This document shows positions 52,477 to 64,000 of a stretch of 64,000 nucleotides of DNA, one piece after another. Position numbers and translations under genes: made by a program. Below the pieces are notes generated by a model, which was not told the origin of the DNA, made no database searches, and saw only the letters and a list, made by a program, of their open reading frames with translations. The stretch comes from Octopus sinensis. Its lineage: Eukaryota. Location: NCBI RefSeq assembly GCF_006345805.1, contig NC_043005.1, forward strand, positions 20,398,001 through 20,462,000, given 5' to 3'. Numbering within the stretch: position 1 is the first letter of the stretch; each line of letters opens with the position of its first letter.

Positions 52477-54676
52477 GGAGGATATTTGTTAACTAGTTGT
52501 TCAGCTCCATTCTTTCATATACTTATAATTTTAAAATAAACATACAAATTTCCGCACGAAGACACGTAGTCTATGCCCTAGGGACGTAGCTTCAACCGTG
52601 TTCTTTTTGAGGTGAATTTGCTACCCAGGTATCGGTTATCTTTCGAATTATCCTTAATAAGATAATTCATTCAACTACTCAAATATATATATATACTATA
52701 ATTTCAGGCTAACCAAACCCTTGTGAGTGGATTTCATACATGGAAACTGAAAGAAGACTGTTGTACATATTTGTATATTTGCATGTGTGGGGCTGTATTT
52801 GTACACTCAACATCACTTGTCAACTGATGTTGCTGTGTCTACATCCCTGTAACTTAGCAGTTAGGTAAAAGACACTGATAGAATAACTACTAGGCTTACA
52901 AAAAATATATACTGCGGTTGATTTATTTGACTAAAGGCAGTGCTTCAGTATGGCCACTGTCACATGGCTGAAACAAGTAAAACAATAAAAAAACTATAAT
53001 CCCAAGCAACGCCGGGTATATCTGCTAGTATAATATAAAAGAATAAATAAAATACACCAAAAAATAAAATGGCAAAAAACATCTATATAAAATTTCAATT
53101 AGGGATTTATAAAATGAAAAAAATAGACATAAGGTTAATTTTTTTTTCATTTTTGAAGCCATAAGGTACATACAGGATATAAAGAGAGATAAAGAATAAA
53201 AAATAAAAATAATAAAAAATAATAATGCATAAATTAATAATAAATATAGGTTGAAATATTCTTAACAAAGCAAATTAAAAGATAAATAAAGTAAGATGAG
53301 GAGACCTTTGGATGTGGTTTTATAAAATAAGATGTAATATTACAGGCACTGATGTATGTAGAATCATATAGTTCTTAGGATGTATAGAGTATCCCTAAGA
53401 GGCGTACAATCTGATAATTCATTATAAATATACCAATTATGACTGATAAGGAAGAAAGTCTTAGAACTGAAGAAAAAAAGCAGTGAAATTATTGTATAGG
53501 ATGAATGCAGACTAAACTGGTAGGGGTTATAAGAGGGGCAATATTATATATAATATATAATGTACTACATTAGAGGGTATGTTATGAAAAATATGAAAGA
53601 TCTGACACCCCAGATAATTTCTGCTATCAAATCATAGCATGATGATTATAATATTATTTTTCAAAATATTTAAATGTGTGGGTGATGCTATGTACACAGG
53701 ATACCCTAAGGTCTAATCTTAGATTATATGATGCCAATCACCCAGTCCAAGTCTCTATCTCACCTCACCTATTCTCACCACCCCAATGTCCCTTGAGGGC
53801 GTATCCCAACACATCTTTGCCATCATCTCTCTCACTATCACTTTCTTTATCTTGCTCTCTAACTCATCCACCTTTTTTTCAGACTGGGGTATCCATGTCT
53901 CTATTTTGCAGCAAGACGCCTATTTTTGTCACTCTGTACCTTTAATCTCTCAACTGGCATTGAGCCACATGCCCTCAGTACTACTACCCACTTCCAGATG
54001 AGTGTTTTTGTCTTGCAATGTACATAGTGACCCTGTTGATGCTGGTGCCACATAGAAAGCAGTAGTGCTGGTGTTATGTAAACAATACTAATGCTGGTTT
54101 CACATAAACTCCATTGGTGCCGATGCCACATAAAAAGCACAGGTGCTGGTGTCATGTAAAAAGCACTAGGGCTGGTGGAATATAAAATGCATCCAGTACA
54201 CTTTGTAAAGTGGTTGGCATTAGGAAGAGTATCCAGCTGTAGAAACCATGCCAAAACAGAGAATGGAACCTGATGTGGGTCTCAGCCTTGCAGGCTCCTA
54301 TCTAAATGATGATGATGATGATGATACATAGATATATGTCTATATAAACACACACACATGCATGTGACACACACACACACACACACATTTCAATTTTGTA
54401 TTTGGTTTGCAAGATGCTTGATGTGAATCCATGTTGAAACACATTTTGTTGCATCTCAGGAGAGTCATTATGTTAGAAACAAACTCACTGATTCCCTCTA
54501 CACTCTGTGAAGACAGTGTTTAGAAACATCTAACTAAAAAATTCCTTCCAAATAAAATACACAAGTGAGAAATGGTGCCCCATCCACGGTTTAAAGGACT
54601 GTAAATCTAAATAGGAGATGACTCAGGTTGCATGAATGTATCCAATTTGCACTGGCATCATAAAATGATGATAATA

Positions 54677-55948
54677 TGAGGGGTCCTAAAAAGTTCATAG
54701 GCTGACTATGAAAGGAATGATGCCATAGCTGTGAAATTTTGCATGCATTAACTTTAAACTTCTTATTAAAAACTGCATTGTTTCTTTTGTTTCTTTCCAG
54801 CTAAACTCACATCTGACTGTTCAAAGAAGACATCAAAAGTAACTGGTGATTTCTCTTGAAAGTGGACAAAATTTGGCATTGTGGTGTTATGAAGTACCTA
54901 CAGAAAAAAAGGATTTAACCCCCCAAGGACATTCATGATGACATGGTTACGATATTAGGGGATGATGCTCCAATTTTTTCAACGGTGCAAAGTGGGCAGC
55001 TGAATTTAGTAGGGGACAGAAGTGTCTTGAAGATGACCCAAGGTCTGGACAACCTGCAACTGCCACCATTGAGGAAAACATTGATTGTGTTCACCACATA
55101 ATGATGGATGACAGGCAGCAAGAAATCAAATAGCCAGTGCTATTAGCATATCCTGTGAGAGAGTTGAAAATATTCTGCACAATGAATTTGGCATGATGAA
55201 GTTTTGTATTTGGTGGGCTCCATGTCTTCTAAGGCCTGATCAAAAGTGTACCGGGATGATCACATCATGGGAAAATCTGACATTGTTTGAGGCTGATTCA
55301 GCTGGTTTTCTTGAACATTTCCTAAGCCAGGATAAGTGTTGGGTTCATCACTTTGAGTCAGAAACTAAGAGACAGTCCATGTAGTGGAAAAACTCCCCTT
55401 ACCTGCTCCAAAGAAGGCCAAAGCCTTTTCAACTGCAAGGAAGATGATGGCCTCAAATTTTTTGGATGCAAAAAACATTGTGTTTATTGACTATCTTAAA
55501 AAGAGCCACACCATCAATGGAGAGTGTTATGGTAACATGCTGAAGCAGTTATGAAAGGTTATCAAGACCAAATGCCTAGGAAAACTGACATAGCAGGTCT
55601 TGTTTAATCAGGACAATGCTCCAGCACACAAATCTTTGGTTTCAAAAGCTGCTGTGTGTGACCATCGCTTTGAACCAGTTGATTTGGCTCCATCTCACTG
55701 TCATCTGTTCCCCGACATGAAAAAACACTTGACTGGGAACCAGTGATGCAGTGATAATGATGTCATATCTGCTGTTGATGTTTTTAACCAACAGGATGAA
55801 AGACTCTTCACCAATTGTATTCAAGCACAGCAACACCAATGGAAAAAGTATCTAAACCACAAGAGGAATTATGTCGAAAATAAACCTCATTTGATCATAT
55901 TCCATGAGAGTGTCTTGGTCAGCTTATAAACTTTTCAGTTAACCCTAA
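54677..55948 (+). mobile_element. Full-length decayed mariner (irritans/Hsmar2-like), 1272 bp
   Basis: TIRs tgaggggtcctaaaaagttcataggctgac versus reverse complement ttagggttaactgaaaagtttataagctgac, with TA on both sides. Motifs LEDDPRSGQP, DKCWVHHF, KMMAS and QDNAPAH. Confidence 0.92.
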
Positions 55949-56190
55949 TACTGAAATATGTATATACATCAATACACACACATGCACACACACACACACA
56001 TGCATAAATGTTTGTGTGTGTATGTGAGTGTGTGCATGTGTGTGTGTGTGAATGTAATTGTATATGTGTGCAAGTTTTCCTAATTTATTTCACTCAATAT
56101 ATTTCAATCAAATTTTCTCATTATCTCCTCATTCTTGCCTTCCTCTTAATATACATTTACATTAATGTCAATTTTTCTCGTAAATTTCAG

Positions 56191-56364
56191 CTTATAAGAA
56201 TATTGATTGTGGAAGTCCCAAAAAAACTGACGGAACATCTCTGTCCTACTCTATCACCAACTACAGATCTAAAGTGACCTATACTTGTAATGATGGAAGA
56301 AGATCTTTTAAGTCAGTATGTGGAAAATACAATAAATGGTTACCAGCATTTACTAGTTGTAAAG
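56191..56364 (+). CDS. Sushi/CCP-domain exon (not in the ORF track)
   Basis: aaatttcAG acceptor and GTAATG donor. 174 nt, phase 1-1, open. Translates YKNIDCGSPKKTDGTSLSYSITNYRSKVTYTCNDGRRSFKSVCGKYNKWLPAFTSCK: four Cys, CGxP start, VTYTC and W-x6-C end. Confidence 0.85.
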
Positions 56365-59300
56365 GTAATGTAAATAGGTTCTCTGTTTTTGATTTTGTCT
56401 GGGAATTTTTTAATAGTTTTTATCAGAAGTAGATAGTGTTTACAAAAATTTCCATAGCGTTTATGACTGGAAGGAAGAGGTTATCCTCAGACCAGTGACC
56501 TCCCCAAATGTTTACAACAGACTAGACTGCATTAAAGCTCCCCAAGAACCAGGTAATACTGTTAAATTGGGTGATGAAGTAAGTCTATCACCTAAGAAAT
56601 AGAAGTGTAGTAGCTTGTTTCCTCCAGCAGGCTTCCACATAGTTTCCATCTATCAGATTTCATCCTGATTTGCAAAGCAAATTTTTAACCCTGCAGCCAA
56701 AACCCAAAACAATACCATATTGTTCGGAAATGAATTTATTAACCCCACAACTATACCTGAGACCATCTTGGCAGTTTTCTTCTGAATTTCTAACCTGACT
56801 TTCTCATCTGGCCTTTGCGTCATTATTCGAAACTCATACAATATAATGTACTAATTCTCTTACAGCAATTCTTTGAAACAGCTGTCCGATGCTCAAGTAA
56901 TCTTCCAATTTGTCATGCTCAGTTACTAACGAGAATAATGGTTTCTGAATAGGACATAAATGTTGATGAGAAGGGTTTAGTTTCATCATCATCATCATCG
57001 TTTAGCGTCCGTTTTCCATGCTAGCATGGGTTGGACGGTTCAACTGGGGTCTGTGAAGCTGGAAGGCTTCATCAGGCCTTGTCAGATCTGGCAGTGTTTC
57101 TACGGCTGGATGCCCTTCCTAACGCCAACCACTCCGTGAGTGTAGTGGGTGCTTTTTATGTGCCACCCGCACAGGTGCCAGACAGAGCTGGCAAACGGCC
57201 ATGAACGGATGGTGCTTTTTATGTGCCACCGGCACGGGGGCCAGGCAAGGCTGGCAACGAACATGAACGGATGGTGCTTTTTACGTGCCACTGGCACGAG
57301 GCCAGTCGGGGCGGCACTAGCAACGGTCACGAATGGATGGTTCTCTTACATTCGTGACCGTTTATAACATCAAAACCAGCACTTGATTAGTACTTTATGT
57401 CATCAACCCACACAAGTGTGAAACAAAAAGACTGACCATGGCTGGAAAATGAAAGCATCCAAATACCTACTGTAAAGTATTTCTTCTCTTGCTGTATTGA
57501 TTCTTCCATTCAGCCATACTTAATTATAGAAATAATAAGAAGGATTAGCTTTACTTGCCACTAGGATATCAGACGGAGGTGATGGTGCAAAGACAGGCAT
57601 AAAGCATGGTGGTTGACAGCGTTAAATGAATAATAAGAAACATTAGTATTTATGTATACAATCAAAATAAAGATGAGGATGATGATGCAATGCTCTTGAA
57701 TGTAGTGGGATCTGCATCTGGGGTGGTGGTGGGGGAAACTGAAAAAAACCTCACCATCCAAGATCACCCTAAATCCAAGGAAAACTGTTCCCTCCAATTA
57801 TTGTTCTCTTGCACAGTTTTCTGCACCCACCCTTACCATATTCTCCACTTTCACCAGCTGTCAATTTCATTTGAGGACAGTATCTCCCTCTGTTTATTCA
57901 CCTTTACAAGTGAAACATTTAAAAGTCAGTGAAGGAGTGATGAAAGAAGAAAGTCTCTGCCATCAGACCTTTCATGCTCATCCAACAATCAACCTCTTTT
58001 ACCGTTGCTACCAGACAGGAAAACTGCCTTCTCTGATTGGCTAAAGGAGGAGGTAGAGCAATCTTCAAGGGCACAAGTCACATGCACAAGAGTAGCTATT
58101 TGACATAACTCCAGTAATGCCTAGACACTGAACAAGTGCATGCAAAATGATTTTGTTGTAGTGTGCTCATCTTAGACTGGCCTGTCTGACAGTGCTTGCA
58201 TGACTGTAACAGCTATCTTGGATCAGTATAATGCTATGGTGGCATTGCTTAGCCAAGGACTTCACAAAATTCTCTATAGTATTCCTTGAGCAAAAATATG
58301 TTTGAAACAAACATGCCCTGGACATTTCTGAGAATATCAGTGCCCTTTCCTTTCATTGATTTTCAATAGATTGCTATAGAACATCTACTAATCCCATATT
58401 ATCTTATGTAATTCTTGTAATTACATTAAATAATGAGGCATTTTCTTTTTCCAGATGATGAGTTGTAATTAAGGGAAATTTTGTTAATATTTCTGAAGTG
58501 TTGAGCAATCACACAGGGGCTGCCACAGTGGCTGCCACAGTGGCTGGTCCCCAGCAATTGTTGAACTTAATATCGTGATTTAAAAAACCTGACATAGCTT
58601 ATCCCTTTGGCATAATCTATCGTGTGGTTGCAACCACCACCTGATCCTTCAGGTGCTCATGGTTATGGTGGATGCTCAGGCTGGACATGGACCACATTAA
58701 TCTTACTGTAAAAGGGAGGGTTGCTCAGAATTTCATAGTGTCACTATTTTTGCCATGACTAGCTTCTTAAAAAAATAAACATACCTCCTCATTGCAATCA
58801 ATTACAGTATTTGTTGGTGTATAAGATGTGCCAGTACTATGTAAATGCACCGGTGCCAGTGGCACAGAAAAAGCACCCAGCACACTCTGTAAAGTGGTTG
58901 GTGTTAGGAAGTGCATCCAGCTTTAGAAGCCAGGCCACAACCGACAATTTGGAGTCTGACAGCTCCCCCAGCTGGCCAGCTCTTGTCAAACAGTCCAACC
59001 CAACCAACATGGAAAATGGATGTTAAATGATGATGATGATAATGATGATTTCAAAAATTTACCCTATGTATAATATGGTAATATTATGGATAGAAGACTG
59101 AGTGTTGTACACTAAGGATTTGGATTAGTGTAAGCCCATCATGCGCAATAATTGTTACAAATTATAAAATATTGAAAGCAAACCAAAATATCAGAGTGTG
59201 TTTTCAGAAACTTTGGAAAAGTTGTTTACACTACATCAGCAGTTATATGGAAAAGTCACATAATCTGATTATACATCCTTCCACAACATATAAATCTACA

Positions 59301-59374
59301 TCTGATATATGTATGATGAAACACTAAATTTGTTTTTTCAAAAAAATATACTTATTAGAATGGGTGCACCCTCA

Positions 59375-59870
59375 TCATCATCATCATCATCATTTAGCAT
59401 CCGTTTTCCATGCTAGCATGGGTTGGACGGCTCAACTGGGGTCTGTGAAGCCAGAAGACTGCATCAGGCCCAGTCTGATCTGGCAGTGTTTCTACGGCTG
59501 GATACCCTTCCTAACGCCAACCACTCCGTGAGTGTAGTGGGTGCTTTTTACGTGCCACCCGCACAGGTGCCAGATGGAGGTGGCAAATGGCCATGGATGG
59601 ATGGTGCTTTTTACATGCCACCGGCACGGGGGCCAGGCGAGGCTGGCAACGGCCACGATTGGATGGTACTTTTTACGTGCCACCGGCACGGGGGCCAGGC
59701 GAGGCTGGCAACGGCCACAAATGGATGGTGCTTTTTACGTGCCACCAGCACGGAGGCCAGTCGGGGCGGCACTGGCAACGGCCACGATCGGATGGTTCGC
59801 TTACTTTTCACCGGCACTGGTATCAGCTGCAATTTCCATTGATGTTGATCGACTTCGATTTTGGTTCTGC
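59375..59870 (-). mobile_element. SINE family S2 with a (GAT)n tail and an internal VNTR of about 62 bp (representative copy)
   Basis: Tail ggacgttaaacgatgatg. Other copies at about 270-582, 1053-1205, 1216-1500(-), 7528-7715(-), 30830-31155, 33000-33237, 36576-36985(-), 47870-48040(-), 49510-49760(-), 53990-54325, 56990-57350(-), 58840-59050 and 61660-61875. Confidence 0.88.
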
Positions 59871-60376
59871 TTTCTGATATCTGATTTGGTTTGATTTTGA
59901 TTTTGATTTATACACTAATAAATAAGGTAGGTATTCTTTATCAAGGCACATGGCCAAACACTAACAGAAAAAAAAAAAACAATGTTTTTCTCAATAGCTT
60001 TAATCATGTATGCAAAATACATAAGGCAGTGAACTGGCTGAATGATTAGCACAACAAGTGAAATGCTTAGTAGTGTTTCATCTACCGCAACATTCTGAGT
60101 TCAAATTCCACCAAGGTCGACTTTACCTTTCATCCTTTTGGGGTCAATAAAATAAGTACCAGTTGAGTGATCGACTGTCCCCCTCCCCACAAAATCCAGG
60201 CTTTGTGCCTATAGTAGAAAGGATTAATTATGTATGTAAAATAAACTGTCTCAGACTGAGAATCAAATCCAGAACATTTATTAGCTCCTACTTCAAAGTT
60301 TTGGCCTTCTGTCTATGTGAGAAATTATTATAGTTGTTGTTATTCTTCATTGATCTAAATTTTACTTTAATTCTAG

Positions 60377-60616
60377 ATATTCACAACTATTTTGTGAAAG
60401 TACAGAATGCAATTTTGTTTGAACCTGGGAAAAAAATGTGGGTTAATAAAGCTGTAACAGAAGAAGCTTGTGCGAAAAAGTGTTTGTCTGATGTCAAGTG
60501 TTTATCATTTGAAATGACTAAAAAAGGTAAAAGATGTTACTTATCAAGGAAAACTGCAGTTTACTCCAATAAAATGAGACACGACAAAGACAGAGATTAC
60601 TACCAACTAGTAAAAC
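60377..60616 (+). CDS. PAN/Apple-domain exon A' (paralog of exon A)
   Basis: ttctAG acceptor and GTAATT donor. 240 nt, phase 1-1. Aligns gaplessly to exon A with 32/80 identical residues, and the intron flanks are also similar. Confidence 0.88.
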
Positions 60617-63453
60617 GTAATTATTCTTTGTATTTTATAATTGGATTCTCTTTTTCTTTTTTTCTGATGCTTCTAATTCACTATTCTGCAATCCATCACT
60701 GAGTTTTGCCTTTTATCCAGATTTATGCTTGTTAGAACTGGTTTCACCATGATTTTGGAATGTCAATATGATTTAAGATATCATGCCTCTTAAAACATTA
60801 AACAATTTAACAGTTTAAGTCACTGAAATCCCAGCCAACTATGCTCCAACAAATTGTCCTCTTTGGAAATCAGATAGGTTATGCAATTTAAATAATTTAA
60901 AGATAAATACCTGGGAAAAAAATGAAAAGAGGGGTTGTATCATGAAATACAAGGCATACATAATGCATATGAACACATATATACAAACTAGAATAGTTCT
61001 GAATTTGTACTATTGCCATGATAATCTAAACATCAGGGTACAATTTAATACCATAAAGAAAAAAATTCCCTCATCACTAAATGTGACTAAAGGTGATGTG
61101 ATACCTACATTGCTAGAAATAGGAATAAAATACTCCTGGTGCTGTATACACTCTTTCATGCATCTCACCCACTGCAGGCCCCTCCACATCTCTCATATGC
61201 CTGTCTGTACACTTTCCATGCCCTCACATATCTACTTTACCCACATCCTAACCACTCCAATTTCTCTCACCGTCACTTGCTATAGTCAAATCTTCCCAAT
61301 CTCTAAACATACCCACTTAAACTCTTATCGAACATCTCCATCTATTCCCTCTGTACTACTTATATTCCCCCACCCCACAGTTTCATGTGGGTAGGCCCCA
61401 ATACATCTCCAATGTCATCTATTTCTATCACTCTCTCTCTCTCTCACTCTGACTGTCTCTCTATCTTTCTCCCTAGCACTCTCCTACTTTTTGTCTCCTT
61501 CCTTGTACTTCTGGGTAGCCAAATATCTCCTCTATTGTAAGACAATTATCTCAGTCCTTCTATAATGCTCTAACCACTTGCCAGGCACACAACCACTTTT
61601 CTTGGTTCCATTCCCTATCTCAACTAAGTGGTCTTTGTCTTGCAAGCTTCTTGGTGATCCGCTGGTGCTGGTGTCTTGTCTTGTAAAAAAAAAAAGTACC
61701 CAGTGCACTCTGTAAAGTGGTTGGTGCTAGGAAGGGCATCCAGCCAGAGAAACTATGTGAAAACAGACAATTGGAGTCTGGTTCAACCTTCCGGCTTTCC
61801 AGCTTCTGTGAAAACGTCCTATCCATGCCAACATGGAAAACAGACATTAAATGATGACAATAATGATAATGATGATATCTATATATATATAAAAAACATA
61901 CATACACACATACACATACACATATATATATATATACACACACACATACATACATACATACATATATACACACACACATATATATATGCATATGTATGTA
62001 TATGTGTGTGTGTGTGCTTCTCCCCACCACTATTTGACAACCAGTTTTGGTTCGTTTACATCCCTGTAACTTATTGGTTCAGCAAACAGAAACTGATAGA
62101 ATAAGGTTTAAAAGATAAGTACTGTGTTGATTCATTCGACTAAACCCTTCCAGCTGGTGCTCCAGCATGGATGCAGTCTATGATTGAAACAAATAAATAA
62201 ATGATATAAATGTATTAATAGGAAAAGTAGAAGAGTTAAAAACCTGACATAAGCACAAACAGAAATATTTTGAAGAATGTGTAGGAATCAGTATGGTATG
62301 TAAGAAGAGGAAGATGCTATGAAAAGGTAGAAGTAATCTGCTTTAATGAAGACAAGGTTATAAAAATGTCTAGAAGACAGGAGGCCAGGTGTTACTCTTA
62401 TCAGAGCACAGAACGCTAGAAAGCGTTCTATCCTTTTGTAAAATGAATTAAAACCCCTCTGCTGAATACATCACAAACACAACATCAAAATCTCAAACAC
62501 CAAAACAATAGTGTACAAGTGTGTATCACTGAGAAACTTACATGTGTGGAAATGGCCACACATATCCAAGTGAAGAAGTGTTTGTGTGAAATATAGGTAG
62601 ATACAGACTTCATTACTATAGGCCATCGATTCAAACACTTGAGAACCTTCTACTCACAACAGAAAGTGAAAGTAGGGACACCCTCACCTAAATTCTTCTG
62701 ACTCCACAAATCCAATAGCAATGGCAACAAAAGCAACAAAGTCCCTCAATCTCAACGCATCACCATATGACATACCTCTCACTACTCAGATCATTCAGAC
62801 ATGTTTTGTAATGAGAGCAAGTAGTGCAAAAAACTGTTCCAATAAGAGAACAGAGTAAAAGGAAATGGCACAAAACAAATCTAACATCACAAAAAAAAAA
62901 AGAGACTTAAAAGTGCAACACCAGTGCCATATTCTCCTCCATTACTACCATCAGAACTGATAGAGACAAAATTTACAATCCAACAACCACACAAAAAAAA
63001 AAACAAACTAAATCTACACACAAACCAACATCATGTGTTCACAAACAGATAAAAACAAAAAGAATTGATGAAAGGCTTACATCAACACCCAAACATTACA
63101 CAAAACTTACCCACAATAATGAATAGCATGCCAACATATATGAAAAACATTAAAACAACACAAAACATATGTAACCTGTTAAAAAGTAAATACCATAATG
63201 GAGTAGAAGACTTTGCAGGGAATATTAACAAAAGACTATTCAAAAAACTACCCATGGAAACAACACATCAAAGTAGAGAGACAGAACACCTATTGCCTCT
63301 ACAGAAATAAGGTTAAGTAGGTATTTCATCCCTTTGGGGTCGATAAATTAAGTACCTGTTGAGTACTGGGGTCAATGTAATTGACTAGTCCTCTCCCTCC
63401 AAATTTCAGGCCTTGTGCCTTCAGTAGAAATTATTATTATCATTATTATTATA

Positions 63454-63531
<78 letters not shown>

Positions 63532-64000
63532 TTTAACATTATTATTGAGTGAGAGAGTAGTGCATGCCATCAAAGTGACACTGGAGTAAAATATACAAAG
63601 CCCAGTATACCCATCATGACTACCCATCTGATGAGGGTACACTAGGCACATGCATCACAACCATTTGTGTATGACATGGTGATCTCATATCAAGATAAAC
63701 AGCACATGACCTTGCAGGTGGGGCCCAGTTAGAATTTTCTTCTGGTCGAGTAAACCATCCCACTCAAAAGGTCCCTGAATAAAGGTTGTTTAACGATGTT
63801 GAATGAAACACCCATGTTTTCAGAGGTGAATTATTCAAACCCCAAAGAACCCCTCTCAACACATGGCTATGATGCTCCCCCACTACTTCTGCTCATGATC
63901 AGAGATGCACATATCGTCAGCCACAAAGGGACATGCTCAACTGGTTAATGGTCAAACAACTGACAAGCAAGTCTGGGGTATTGAGCAGAATATTTGCTGT

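Noticed and set aside
59541-59830. CRISPR-like array
   Set aside because: The units are contiguous tandem repeats without unique spacers, lie inside a SINE in eukaryotic DNA, and have no cas genes nearby.
59423-59894. Overlapping 65-139 aa ORFs with repeated motifs (also 36615-37064 and 57100-57367)
   Set aside because: They arise from the 62-bp array inside S2 SINE copies.
62300-63310. A/C-rich stretch with an 81-aa ORF
   Set aside because: It is probably an old LINE remnant, but I could not identify any diagnostic motif.

Overview
AT-rich, microsatellite-dense eukaryotic (metazoan) DNA. The SINE families look like those I recall from octopus genomes, so Octopus is the likely source; this is inference, not a database hit. 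Two protein-coding loci are supported, both on the + strand. The first is the last five coding exons of NDUFV1 (complex I 51-kDa flavoprotein; 653-9967), which splice in frame through GT-AG introns. The second is an unnamed modular extracellular protein made of four symmetric phase-1 exons (PAN, PAN, Sushi/CCP, PAN; 41834-60616); the Sushi exon is missing from the ORF track. The rest is mostly mobile DNA: mariners (two full-length with TIRs and TA TSDs), maT-like Tc1/mariner remnants, a long decayed Tx1/L1-clade LINE, Dong/R4, RTE, CR1-group and Penelope fragments, MITEs and at least four SINE families. The best leads are: (1) a hammerhead-ribozyme fold with a compensatory G3-C8 core inside a 264-bp palindrome, plus a canonical hammerhead at 52392-52476; (2) two duplicated PAN exons with 60% amino-acid divergence but few synonymous changes; (3) a SINE whose 3' tail matches the 3' end of the Tx1 LINE in this window; (4) a family of duplicated, donor-terminated candidate leader exons upstream of the PAN gene. 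Two tandem duplications carry a raw-read error signature and may be assembly artefacts.
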